From: an uncultured Acidimicrobiaceae bacterium
Lineage (GTDB): Bacteria > Actinomycetota > Acidimicrobiia > Acidimicrobiales > SZUA-35
Assembly: GCA_964551835.1 (NCBI GenBank)
Contig: CAZKEM010000092.1
Span: 1,598-65,597 of the forward strand
DNA length: 64,000 bases
Direction of reading: 5' to 3'
A model generated the notes under the pieces. It saw only the letters and a list, made by a program, of their open reading frames with translations. It had not been told where the DNA came from and made no database searches. The position numbers were made by a program, and so were the translations under genes. This document shows, one piece after another, positions 55,332 through 64,000 of this stretch; within the stretch, counting starts at the first letter, position 1, and every line of letters starts with the position of its first letter.

Positions 55332-56353
55332 GTGGCTCCTTCTAGCAGGCGGTTGCCGTCGGCTACAAAATCATCTGCGGCCGTATAGGCGGACCACAAG
55401 GTAACGGTTAATTTTTCTTCTATTGGTTCGTCAGGGCTGAAGCTGGTTGTTGTCATCGAAGTAAACCCAGCTTCGGAAAGCAACTGTTCCATTTCGTCGT
55501 TAGCGAAACCGAGTCTACGATGGTTGTAGTCATCACGTAGGCGTTCGATCGCATGACGGCTGAAGTCCACTACGAGCAGTTGGCCCCCTGATCGCAGTAC
55601 CCGGTAAGCTTCGCCGAAAACAGTCGGTACATCCTCAAGGAAATGTAGCACATGGTGGATAACGGCAACATCGACGGAATCGGATTCGACGTCGAGGGCA
55701 TAGGCACTACTCTTTCGGACTGAACAGTGACGCAAACCAGGTTTGTCGAGGTTTGTACGAGCTACGTTGAGCATGTCAGAGTTGTTGTCAACGCCGACTG
55801 CTAGTTTAGCTCGATCGGCGAACAGCTCCATAACTCGTGCTGTGCCGGTACCGATGTCGAGGAGGCTCGAAAACCTCTTGGCGGGAACCGCTGCTAGGAG
55901 GGCCTGCTCGACATCGCTGTCGGCGACATGCAAAGCCCTAATCTGATCCCAGTCGTCGGCCACGGACGAGAAGTAGTCAGCGGCTTGTTCGATTCGCTCA
56001 TGGCGAACCTGCTCGAGTCGAGCTCGGTCGGCTACGATCTGTGGGTCATCGGGGTCGACAAGTCCGAGAACAGCTTGTACAACATCATGGCCTTGACCAA
56101 CGGGAATGCTCTGATAAAATGCCCGGGCGCCGTCCGCGCGTCGGACGACCAGCCCTTGGTCCGCAAGCAACTTCAAATGCCGACTGACCCGTGGCTGAGT
56201 TTGACCGAGAATGTGGCAGATCTCAGTTGTTGTCGCCTCGCAATCGTCGAGGATCACCAAGATTCTGAGGCGTGTAGGTTCACCAACGACCTTCAACGAA
56301 TCAACGAGCGTGAGCACACGACCCACCCTAGCACTTCGCAAACATAAAGACAT
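55328..56353 (-). CDS. ArsR-type wHTH fused to SAM-dependent methyltransferase-like domain (SahR-type architecture)
   Basis: 341 aa. EPTRLRILVILDDCEATTTEICHILGQTQPRVSRHLKLLADQGLV, then LLDIGTGTARVMELF and the following Rossmann-type methyltransferase blocks. First gene of the metF-metH transcription unit. Confidence 0.75.
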   Translation of the reverse strand: MSLCLRSARVGRVLTLVDSLKVVGEPTRLRILVILDDCEATTTEICHILGQTQPRVSRHLKLLADQGLVVRRADGARAFYQSIPVGQGHDVVQAVLGLVDPDDPQIVADRARLEQVRHERIEQAADYFSSVADDWDQIRALHVADSDVEQALLAAVPAKRFSSLLDIGTGTARVMELFADRAKLAVGVDNNSDMLNVARTNLDKPGLRHCSVRKSSAYALDVESDSVDVAVIHHVLHFLEDVPTVFGEAYRVLRSGGQLLVVDFSRHAIERLRDDYNHRRLGFANDEMEQLLSEAGFTSMTTTSFSPDEPIEEKLTVTLWSAYTAADDFVADGNRLLEGAT

Positions 56354-56361
56354 ATTTATGT
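56342..56361. promoter_or_regulatory. 7-6-7 inverted repeat overlapping the start codon of the ArsR/methyltransferase gene
   Basis: ACATAAA gacata TTTATGT. Confidence 0.35.
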
Positions 56362-56389
56362 GTGCATGTGTCTATGAAGTTGTAGTCCT

Positions 56390-57127
56390 TTAGTGGTCGT
56401 TTGCCGCTTGTTCAAGGTGAGACCAGTCCGAGGTCGACAAATCCTGGCTCGCTTCGGGGCGAGAATCCAATCGTGGGCGACGAAATACTATTCGGCGGGA
56501 CGGGTTCTTTAGCGGCCGCTTTCTCCGACGTGACCCTTTTACTTTGAGGGTCGGATCTGCAGTTTCGGTTCCATCACCATCATCTAAGTCGTCCTGCCCT
56601 AAAGCGAGGTGACCCTGCCGGACTCGATCGTGGCCGGCCCGCTGGGCCGCCACAGGTATAGCGACCTGGCCGATATCGGACGCCTTCGGAATGTTCAAGT
56701 TCGGCGGCTCTGCCCGCTTTCGAACGTAACGTTCACGACGAACCAGGCGTCCACCAATTTGGATAGCGACACCCAGGTACAACACAAGCGCCAACGCAAC
56801 TGTGGCGGCCAGAACCAAGAAGGGGCCCCGTAGTACGATCGCTAACGCACAGGATGCGATGGTCATCGCGGCCAACGCTATTAGAAGTTGCCGACGACGA
56901 GCGAATAACCCCTGAGATCTCCAGTTACGAACCGGGCCAAACATCGGTTGGAGCAAAATGAGCCCAAGCGACCTAACCGAAGGACGCCTGTAGTCGATAC
57001 CCCCGTCCGAGGACCTCATGCGGCGCACTAAATAGGATATTTTGGACAGCACTGGTCGGCCTAAAACGTACAGCCAAGCGACGACGAGAATCCCCGCAAC
57101 GACAAGGTTAAAGACCGAGGTGTTCAT
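56390..57127 (-). CDS. hypothetical basic membrane protein
   Basis: 245 aa. About 3 TM helices and an Arg/Lys-rich C-terminal half. The start overlaps the moaC stop (ATGA). Confidence 0.5.
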   Translation of the reverse strand: MNTSVFNLVVAGILVVAWLYVLGRPVLSKISYLVRRMRSSDGGIDYRRPSVRSLGLILLQPMFGPVRNWRSQGLFARRRQLLIALAAMTIASCALAIVLRGPFLVLAATVALALVLYLGVAIQIGGRLVRRERYVRKRAEPPNLNIPKASDIGQVAIPVAAQRAGHDRVRQGHLALGQDDLDDGDGTETADPTLKVKGSRRRKRPLKNPSRRIVFRRPRLDSRPEASQDLSTSDWSHLEQAANDH

Positions 57128-57672
57128 CGAGGGAGAGGCCCGAAGGAGTCTCCACCCGGTTCCTCACCACCTGCCGCTTCGACCCGCTTGTACGGGCCAG
57201 AACGCCCACCTGTCTTTTCCCATAACGCTATGTCTGAAATGACCATCGACTTGTCGGCCGACTTACACATGTCATAGATAGTTAGCGCAGCGACCGAACA
57301 AGCGGTCAGCGCTTCCATCTCAACGCCGGTTCGGTCAACTGTGTCGACTTCTGCTTCAACTTGAATATGGTTGTCGCCAATATTGAAACTCACATTCACA
57401 GCGCCCACCGTTACGTTATGACATAACGGGAGCAGGTCAGACGTCTTCTTAGCTGCCTGGATCGCCGCTATCCGAGCGACAGCCAAAACATCGCCCTTTG
57501 TGACGGTTCCCCTGGCCACAAGATCAGTCGTTTCCGGCCGCATGTAAACGCGCCCACGAGCTACCGCTCGTCGAAAGGTCGGTTCCTTCGGCGTCACGTC
57601 GACCATACGCGCTCGGCCAATAGGATCTAGATGAGTTAATTTGCGATCTCCCACAAGGCCAAGATAGTGCAT
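57124..57672 (-). CDS. moaC: cyclic pyranopterin monophosphate synthase
   Basis: LTHLDPIGRARMVDVTPKEPTFRRAVA, KGDVLAVARIAAIQAAKKTSDLLPLCH, TGVEMEALTA. Confidence 0.85.
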   Translation of the reverse strand: MHYLGLVGDRKLTHLDPIGRARMVDVTPKEPTFRRAVARGRVYMRPETTDLVARGTVTKGDVLAVARIAAIQAAKKTSDLLPLCHNVTVGAVNVSFNIGDNHIQVEAEVDTVDRTGVEMEALTACSVAALTIYDMCKSADKSMVISDIALWEKTGGRSGPYKRVEAAGGEEPGGDSFGPLPR

Positions 57673-57690
57673 TTTGTGGTGACTGGTCGA

Positions 57691-58707
57691 CTACCCGCCT
57701 ACTTGGCTCATAGATTTCGTTGGCCTGACGAAGTAAACCTGCCCGATATTGTGTCCGGCCCGTTTGCGCTCGACCTCGCCGACGATGGCGTCGGCCAATT
57801 CAGAGTCGCTTTTTCCTGCTCGGAGTAACGCTCGTAAATCCAAGTGTTCGAGCGCAAAAAGACAGTTTCGTAACTGACCATCGGCGGTCAGACGAATCCG
57901 GTCACATGATTCGCAGAATGGCTCGCTTACGCTGGCGATGATTCCAAACTCGCCGCCTTGGGCATTTTCACCCAAATCGGGAAAAAGTTCAGGCTTTACT
58001 TCAAATTGGAATCGTTCTGCGGGAGACGACCCTCGAGTAATCTCTTCATAGCGATATCGATTCGAGACCTGTTCCAAGATCTCAGCGGATGTCACAACGC
58101 GATCCTGGGACCACTGCTCGCTTGCATCTAGCGGCATAAATTCGATAAATCGTACCGTCACACCCGTCTTGCGACCGAATTCCAAAAAGTCGATGACTTC
58201 AGAATCATTAATCCCTTTCATCAACATTGCGTTGACTTTCACGGGATCAAATCCGGCCTGTTTAGCAGCGTCAATTCCCGCCAATACCTGTGGCAACTGG
58301 TCGCGTTTAGTCAAGTCCGCAAATGTTTGACGATCGAGTGTATCGAGACTGATGTTTATGCGGGACAGACCAGCGCCGTAAAGATCTTTCGCTTGGTGCT
58401 CCAACGTTGCACCGTTAGTCGTCATCGACAATTCGACACCCAAGCTAGCCAATTGTTCAACCAAGAGATGTAGCTGCTTACGCAGCGTAGGCTCTCCCCC
58501 GGTCAGGCGAATCGATTTGAGGCCGAACCGCTCGACTAAGACGCTGGCCACCCGGTAAATCTCGTCGAAAGACAAGACGTCAGACCGTTTAAGCCAGACC
58601 ATACCTTCCTCCGGCATGCAATATTGACACCGGAAATTACATCGATCGGTCACGGAGATTCTGAGATCTCTATGTACGCGTCCAAAGGTATCGGTCAGAT
58701 CTTCCAC
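57691..58707 (-). CDS. moaA: GTP 3',8-cyclase (radical SAM)
   Basis: LRISVTDRCNFRCQYCMPEEG, RLTGGEPTLR, C-terminal CESCDRIRLTADGQLRNCLF. Confidence 0.9.
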   Translation of the reverse strand: MEDLTDTFGRVHRDLRISVTDRCNFRCQYCMPEEGMVWLKRSDVLSFDEIYRVASVLVERFGLKSIRLTGGEPTLRKQLHLLVEQLASLGVELSMTTNGATLEHQAKDLYGAGLSRINISLDTLDRQTFADLTKRDQLPQVLAGIDAAKQAGFDPVKVNAMLMKGINDSEVIDFLEFGRKTGVTVRFIEFMPLDASEQWSQDRVVTSAEILEQVSNRYRYEEITRGSSPAERFQFEVKPELFPDLGENAQGGEFGIIASVSEPFCESCDRIRLTADGQLRNCLFALEHLDLRALLRAGKSDSELADAIVGEVERKRAGHNIGQVYFVRPTKSMSQVGG

Positions 58708-58716
58708 ATTCTTAGA

Positions 58717-59976
58717 CTACTCGTTCAGGACCGAACTGGAGAATACCGAATCATCGGTTAACAAGACCTTCACTCGACCGCCAGCCGCGGCTTGTGCTCC
58801 GTCGGGTAGAACAGCAAGCGCGTTCGATGCCGCCAACGCACGCAATTGGTGCGACCCCTGGCCTCCCGCATATCGGACGTGCAGAGCCCCGTCGCTCTGG
58901 TTTGAGGCAACCACTCTGACGAAGTGCGTCTTGCCATCCAAGCGTCGCCGCATCGGCTCATCGGCAATCGCCGTGACCAGCCGACGAAATGGCTTTGAGT
59001 CACCGAGCATCATGCGCAAACTAGGGCGGGCGAACAGTTCGAACGAGACCGACGCCGAGACCGGGTTACCGGGCAAACCAAATATAGGTGTGTCGTTCAC
59101 CAGGCCGAACGAGAGCGGCTTTGCTGGCTTAATCGCAATTTGCATCCAGTCATGATCGCCTAGACGACTAAGTACTTCTTTAACCGGGTCGTAGTCCCCC
59201 ATCGAAACTCCACCAGAACTGACAATCGCGTCGCAGTCCGCAGCGCCGGCGACAAAAGCAGCTTCGACTAAGGCTTCGTCGTCGGCCACATGACCGAGGT
59301 CGACGGGCGTACACCCAGCCGCCTCGACTTGGGCAAGAAGCATCGGGCGGTTGGAGTCATAAATTTGACCAGGACCCAACGGAGTTGGCGGCGCCAACAA
59401 TTCGTCTCCGGTCGAAATCACCCCGACGCGGGGACGCTGGTATACCTTGATGGTGGCGAGACCCGTCGATATCAGGAGGCCAATATGGCTTGCATCAAGT
59501 ACGGTGCCAGCGGTTACCACAATGTCGCCTGGCTCGACGTCGCTTCCCGCTGGGCGGAGATGGTTACCAATGTCAATAGCCGCGTGTAGCGACACAGACT
59601 CGGTTCCCGCTTCAGCGTCGAAATGGGCTTCGGTCAATTCCACCTTGATGACCGCATCGGCACCCTCGGGCAACGGGGCGCCAGTCATTATTCTCATCGC
59701 CTCGCCGCGCCTAAGTTCTCGGCTCGCCGTCGTTCCAGCAGGGATGGTTTCAACTACGGGCAGCTCAACCGGCTCTGTGGCAGAAGCAGCCGTGGAGTCG
59801 GCAGCGACAATAGCGAAACCATCCATCGCGACACTGATGAACGGCGGCATCTGAATAGCCGAAGCCACCTCCTGGGCTGGGACGAGTCCCACAGCGTCGC
59901 AAACATCTACCTCGACCACCGGGTTGGGCCTAACGTCTTCAAAAACCCTGGCCTGGGCATCACTGAGCGAAATCAT
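58717..59976 (-). CDS. moeA: molybdopterin molybdotransferase
   Basis: 419 aa. MDGFAI, TGDEL, SSGGVSMGDYD, PGNPVSA. Confidence 0.85.
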   Translation of the reverse strand: MISLSDAQARVFEDVRPNPVVEVDVCDAVGLVPAQEVASAIQMPPFISVAMDGFAIVAADSTAASATEPVELPVVETIPAGTTASRELRRGEAMRIMTGAPLPEGADAVIKVELTEAHFDAEAGTESVSLHAAIDIGNHLRPAGSDVEPGDIVVTAGTVLDASHIGLLISTGLATIKVYQRPRVGVISTGDELLAPPTPLGPGQIYDSNRPMLLAQVEAAGCTPVDLGHVADDEALVEAAFVAGAADCDAIVSSGGVSMGDYDPVKEVLSRLGDHDWMQIAIKPAKPLSFGLVNDTPIFGLPGNPVSASVSFELFARPSLRMMLGDSKPFRRLVTAIADEPMRRRLDGKTHFVRVVASNQSDGALHVRYAGGQGSHQLRALAASNALAVLPDGAQAAAGGRVKVLLTDDSVFSSSVLNE

Positions 59977-60012
59977 GTACGTACCCTAACTCCACCCAGC
60001 TGTAAGTGACGC

Positions 60013-60900
60013 CTACGAAACTAGGCCTTCACGAATTGCAATGTCTCGGAGGATTTCGCGAAACTGGGGCCCGAGGTCTTCGCGTTCCAACGCTAGCTCA
60101 ACCACCGCCCGGAGATAGTCGATCTTCTTCCCGGTGTCGAACCGCCCCTCTGTGAAGGTGTACCCCAGAAGACGTTGGTGGTTCATCAGGCTGGCCATCG
60201 CATCGGTGATTTGAATTTCACCACCAGCCCCCGGCTGGGTCTTGGCGATCTCATCGAAGATCTCGGGGGTAAAGATATATCGGCCCATGACCGCCAAGTT
60301 CGACGGGGCAACTTCGGGTGCAGGTTTTTCGACGAGTTCGGAAACCTGAACAAGCTTGTCCGACAGCGGTGTGGCCGCAGCACAGCCATAGGAGGCTATG
60401 TCTTGCTTGGGGACCTCCATCAGAGCAACAACCGAACTCTTTTCGGCATCGTAAGCGGCGATCATACCTTTCAGTACTGGCGACGAATGGTGCATAATGT
60501 CATCGCCGAGCAAGACCGCAAATGGTTCGCTCCCCACATGGTTTTGGGCCATCCCGATGGCGTGACCCAGTCCAAGAGCCTCACCTTGACGTACGAAGTG
60601 GATTTGCGCCAACTCAGAAATGCGTCGAATCTCACGCGCTTCATCGGTTTTACCCTTCGCCTTTAACGCATCTTCGAGATCAATCAGCCGGTCGAAGTGG
60701 TCTTCCAGACTCTTTTTGTGGCGAGAAGTAACTACCAAAATATCTTCGATACCCGCTTCGACCGCCTCTTCGATGATGTACTGGATAACTGGACGGTCTA
60801 CGACGGGAAGCATTTCTTTGGGGCTTGCCTTGGTAAATGGCAAGAAGCGGGTACCCAGACCAGCTGCGGGGATTACGGCTTTTTTGACGTTGGCGGCCAT
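60013..60900 (-). CDS. galU: UTP--glucose-1-phosphate uridylyltransferase
   Basis: KAVIPAAGLGTRFLPFTKASPKEMLPVVDRPVIQYIIEEA, VEKP. ATG 60900 gives the canonical N-terminus. The ORF extension to 60948 was rejected. Confidence 0.9.
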   Translation of the reverse strand: MAANVKKAVIPAAGLGTRFLPFTKASPKEMLPVVDRPVIQYIIEEAVEAGIEDILVVTSRHKKSLEDHFDRLIDLEDALKAKGKTDEAREIRRISELAQIHFVRQGEALGLGHAIGMAQNHVGSEPFAVLLGDDIMHHSSPVLKGMIAAYDAEKSSVVALMEVPKQDIASYGCAAATPLSDKLVQVSELVEKPAPEVAPSNLAVMGRYIFTPEIFDEIAKTQPGAGGEIQITDAMASLMNHQRLLGYTFTEGRFDTGKKIDYLRAVVELALEREDLGPQFREILRDIAIREGLVS

Positions 60901-61048
60901 CGTAAAATCCTTTGTTCGGCTTCTAATGTAGAGTAACCGATGATTCACGGGGACTGGGTGAGCGATTTACCACAGCCGGTGGTTGCCCGCTTTGGAGTAA
61001 ACAGATGCTACCTTACAATAGGTTAATTGGCGGTCTTCGGGAGTTTCA

Positions 61049-61372
61049 ATGCCAACATATGATTACAAGTGCACGGTCTGCGATAAACGGTTTGAAGTTA
61101 CCCAATCGATCCATGAGGATTCGTTGACCACCATAGACGACTGTCCAGTAAAGAAGGTTTTCGGCGCTGTAAGCATCTCTTTTAAGGGTTCCGGCTTCTA
61201 TCGCAACGACTCTCGGGGGTCAACTTCGTCGACGGCAACGGCTTCGTCATCATCATCTGATTCGAGCTCGAAATCCTCGTCGAATTCATCGAGTTCCGAA
61301 GCGAAGAAAACTACCACAAAAACCGAGTCATCAACCCCAAAAAAGTCGTCGAGCGATAACTCCGCAGCCTAA
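61049..61372 (+). CDS. FmdB-family zinc-ribbon protein with Ser-rich tail
   Basis: MPTYDYKCTVCDKRFEVTQSIHED...KGSGFYRNDSR. The second Cys pair is reduced to one Cys. The C-terminal half is Ser/Thr/Lys low complexity. Confidence 0.7.
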   Translation: MPTYDYKCTVCDKRFEVTQSIHEDSLTTIDDCPVKKVFGAVSISFKGSGFYRNDSRGSTSSTATASSSSSDSSSKSSSNSSSSEAKKTTTKTESSTPKKSSSDNSAA

Positions 61373-61396
61373 GCAAGCGGCGTGAACCGCCTCGCC

Positions 61397-62743
61397 TCAG
61401 TTTCCTGCTAACGCTATTCCAGATAGGACAATAGGCGGAGCCGTCACACCACTAGGAAGGTATGTGACCTCTCCCCCGACAGTCTTGATGTCGAGCATCA
61501 GCCGCTGCAGAGTCGACCCGATAGTGCATTCGCCGATAGGTTCGGCCAGTTCACCGTCTCGTATCATGCGGCCGACAACCCCGACGGAGAAGTCACCCGA
61601 CACTGGGTTTACCCCACTGTGCAACCCGGTAAGGCTAAAGGCGAACAAACCTAACTCGACGTCGGCAATGAGTTCGTCCATCGTTGCAGAACCTGGAGCG
61701 ACCGCTAGAGCCTGGACGCCTGGAGATGGTAACCCGCGGACCCCTCGTGTCGCTGAGCCGGTTGAACCTTCGCCCGAACGGCGACCCGTGTACGAGTCGT
61801 GCAGGTAGCTCTTCAGTTCGCCATTAGTAATTAGTTGATTACGTCGGCAGGCGAGTCCCTCGCCATCGTGCGAGCTGGCGGCCAGCGAACGAACGTCGGT
61901 TGGGTCGTCGACCAATGTCAGCTTGTCAGAAGCTACCTGTTGGCCGAGGCGGCCAACGAACGGCGACCGGCCCTTTAAAATGCGATCCCCGGAAAGCGTC
62001 GATGCGATCAAGCCGTAGACGGTTGCCACCATTCGGGGTTCGAGCACGAGGTCGATCTTGGCGCTATCGGGTTTCGTCGAACCCAACAGGTCGACCGAGC
62101 GACTTATGGCGTCATCGACCACGTTGTCGAGTGAAAGATCCGACGGTCGAATTGCACCGTCATAGCCATACCCGGTTTGGGTGCCGTCTGAGTCTTCGGC
62201 CAAGGCCTGGACCGAGACCCCCGCAGAAGTTGCTCGAGTGGCCGCTTGGATCCCTGAGGTACTGGCCAAGGCGATCGACGACACCGAGTCCCCGTATGTG
62301 GCAGTTCGTACCCCGACGATTTTGTCGTGGCCAGTACGCACTCGTTTTTCGATATCTAACGCCATCTGAACTTTGGTTTCCGACGCCATAGAGTCGACTT
62401 CGTTTGACCACAACTCAATATCGGCCGCATCCACACCATCGGGCTCGGCGATCCCAACAAATTCGTCTCGTTCGGCAAATACTGCGTTACTTCGAGCTTG
62501 GGCAAACGTGTCAGCCACGACGTCACCGTCTAAAGAACCGGCACTGGCGAACCCTTCCTTGCCATCTATGAGGACCCGGACTCCCAGTCCCATACTCTCA
62601 GCGGCCGTCATTGACTCGACTTCACCTTCGTATGCCTTGATGCTCGTCGACCTACCGTGAGAACAGGCGACCTCGATCTGTTCGTTCGCCGCTGCCCCGC
62701 TGAGGACGCCGTTTGCAATTTCCAATAGTTGTTCGGGTGTCAT
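61397..62743 (-). CDS. pmbA: PmbA/TldE-family metalloprotease subunit
   Basis: TldD/PmbA-fold C-terminal block (HSGVNPVSGDFSVG) without the HExxxH motif. ATG 62743 overlaps the tldD stop (ATGA). Confidence 0.8.
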   Translation of the reverse strand: MTPEQLLEIANGVLSGAAANEQIEVACSHGRSTSIKAYEGEVESMTAAESMGLGVRVLIDGKEGFASAGSLDGDVVADTFAQARSNAVFAERDEFVGIAEPDGVDAADIELWSNEVDSMASETKVQMALDIEKRVRTGHDKIVGVRTATYGDSVSSIALASTSGIQAATRATSAGVSVQALAEDSDGTQTGYGYDGAIRPSDLSLDNVVDDAISRSVDLLGSTKPDSAKIDLVLEPRMVATVYGLIASTLSGDRILKGRSPFVGRLGQQVASDKLTLVDDPTDVRSLAASSHDGEGLACRRNQLITNGELKSYLHDSYTGRRSGEGSTGSATRGVRGLPSPGVQALAVAPGSATMDELIADVELGLFAFSLTGLHSGVNPVSGDFSVGVVGRMIRDGELAEPIGECTIGSTLQRLMLDIKTVGGEVTYLPSGVTAPPIVLSGIALAGN

Positions 62744-64000
62744 CCTGCGGTTCCCCCAATGGTCAACTCCGCTACTTTCAGCGTCGGAACACCATCGCCT
62801 ACTGGAACTCCTTGGCCGTCCTTGCCGCATGTCCCGGGAGGGCCCATTTCGAAGTCGTCGCCGACTGCTTCGATTTGTTGAAGAACTTTCGGGCCGTTGC
62901 CAACCAGCTGCCCGTCTCGAAGCGGTGTCGAAATTTTGCCATCTTCGATCATGTACGCTTCTACCATGCCAAAGACAAAGTCGCCCGATGCTGTGTTGAC
63001 CTGACCACCGCCTAGTTGAGCTACGTACACTCCGTGATCGACGCTGGAAATAATGTCAGCGGGAGTGGAATCACCAGCCGAGAGGTAGGTGTTCGTCATC
63101 CGTACCATCGGAAGGTGGCGGTAGCTCTGCCGTCTGCCGTTCCCGGAGCTCGCACGCCCTTCCTTTCGAGCTCGGATCGAGTCCCACATATAGTCGACGA
63201 GGACACCGTTCTCGATGAGCACATTCCGGGCTGGTAGGTTGCCTTCGTCGTCGACGCCGAACTGTCCCCATTCGCCCGCCATTGTGCCATCATCGACCAG
63301 GGTCACCAATGGTGACGCAACCTGTTCGCCGAGACGGCCTGCGAAGGCAGAAGCCCCTTTACGGACCAGGTCGGCCTCTAAACCATGCCCGCAGGCCTCA
63401 TGGAACAACACCCCACCCGAACCGGGTCCGATTACCACCGGCAGTGCGCCCGACGGGGCCGGCCTAGCTCGAAGTTTAATCAACGCACGATGAGCAGCGT
63501 CGCGAGCCAACTCTTCGACGTCAACCGAGTCGAAAAGTTCAAACCCGCCGGATGTTCCTACCGATTCCCGGCCGGTCTGAAGCCCAGTGTCGCCGGTGGC
63601 GATACATGACACCGAGAATCTCGTCTTGGTTTGGTCGTCGTTGGCCAATGTTCCATCCGAGTTGGCGACCATGACTTTACGGCGCTGGTCGGCGTATCCG
63701 ACACTGACCTGGGTGATGGATGGGTCAGCCGATCGAGCGGCGTCTTCGGCTGCCTGCAGCAGCTCGACCTTGCGTTGTTTGTCAACCTCCTCAGGACGAA
63801 CCTTCACCGCGGCGACTTTGACATCCACATCGTTCAAAGCCGATAGTTGCTTGGCGGCTGGCGCAGCTGCTCCTCTGCTCGCTTTTGCGGCTCCAGCCGC
63901 AGTTTCGGCAGTCGAGGAAAGCCCAGCAGGGGTTAGGTTCGACGAGTGGGCAAAACCGATCGCGCCTGTGTCCATTACCCGTATACCGACGCCGCGATCG
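62740..64000 (-). CDS. tldD: TldD metalloprotease, 5' end outside the window
   Basis: FHEACGHGLEAD (HExxxH), GGQVNTASGDFVFG. The reading frame is still open at 64000. Confidence 0.85.
   Translation of the reverse strand, partial: DRGVGIRVMDTGAIGFAHSSNLTPAGLSSTAETAAGAAKASRGAAAPAAKQLSALNDVDVKVAAVKVRPEEVDKQRKVELLQAAEDAARSADPSITQVSVGYADQRRKVMVANSDGTLANDDQTKTRFSVSCIATGDTGLQTGRESVGTSGGFELFDSVDVEELARDAAHRALIKLRARPAPSGALPVVIGPGSGGVLFHEACGHGLEADLVRKGASAFAGRLGEQVASPLVTLVDDGTMAGEWGQFGVDDEGNLPARNVLIENGVLVDYMWDSIRARKEGRASSGNGRRQSYRHLPMVRMTNTYLSAGDSTPADIISSVDHGVYVAQLGGGQVNTASGDFVFGMVEAYMIEDGKISTPLRDGQLVGNGPKVLQQIEAVGDDFEMGPPGTCGKDGQGVPVGDGVPTLKVAELTIGGTAG

Noticed and set aside
1-64000. Mobile elements, prophage, toxin-antitoxin or known defence-system signatures
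   Set aside because: No transposase, integrase, recombinase, terminal inverted repeats or cas/RM-type motifs were recognised. The AT-rich tracts are short and ORF-free.

Overview
This is a chromosomal window of moderate GC content (mid-50s % by eye, not computed). Coding density is very high and the gene content is actinobacterial in type. Evidence for that: Ni-SOD sodN/sodX, GlnA2-GlnR, OtsA/OtsB, an MMPL-like transporter, a HelZ-like SNF2/SWIM pair, the FmdB-GalU-MoeA neighbourhood, several Hanks-type kinase-like genes and a class F sortase.

I support about 47 protein-coding genes. I found no rRNA, tRNA, CRISPR array, transposase, integrase or prophage signal.

Recognisable housekeeping blocks:
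- fumC
- otsB-GH15 fusion and otsA
- sodN-sodX-ABC-F
- glnA-glnR
- aroA and pepN
- phnDCE with a neighbouring two-component system
- a long minus-strand run moeA-moaA-moaC-hyp-(ArsR/methyltransferase)-metF-metH
- galU and pmbA/tldD

Main hunting results:
1. Two genes are broken in the ORF track by single in-frame TGA codons that fall exactly on redox or active-site Cys positions. One is selD (GAG-U-GCK). The other is a lipoprotein-type thioredoxin-fold protein (FPH-U-ASC). Each has a downstream hairpin compatible with a bacterial SECIS, so this organism probably decodes selenocysteine.
2. A 1230-aa protein fuses a 12-TM RND/MMPL-like membrane domain to an apparently active Ser/Thr kinase domain. 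It sits divergent from otsA.
3. A pseudokinase-TM-DUF4397 protein ends in a sorting-signal-like tail and is translationally coupled (ATGA) to a class F sortase.
4. A second pseudokinase sits next to a Thr-rich protein encoded by a 42-bp tandem repeat.
5. An ArsR+methyltransferase-like (SahR-type) regulator is in an operon with metF-metH.
6. Several unusually long or AT-rich intergenic regions carry strong hairpins or palindromes, including a possible C-rich-loop sRNA at about 29.8 kb.

All domain calls come from motif recognition by eye. No database search was run.
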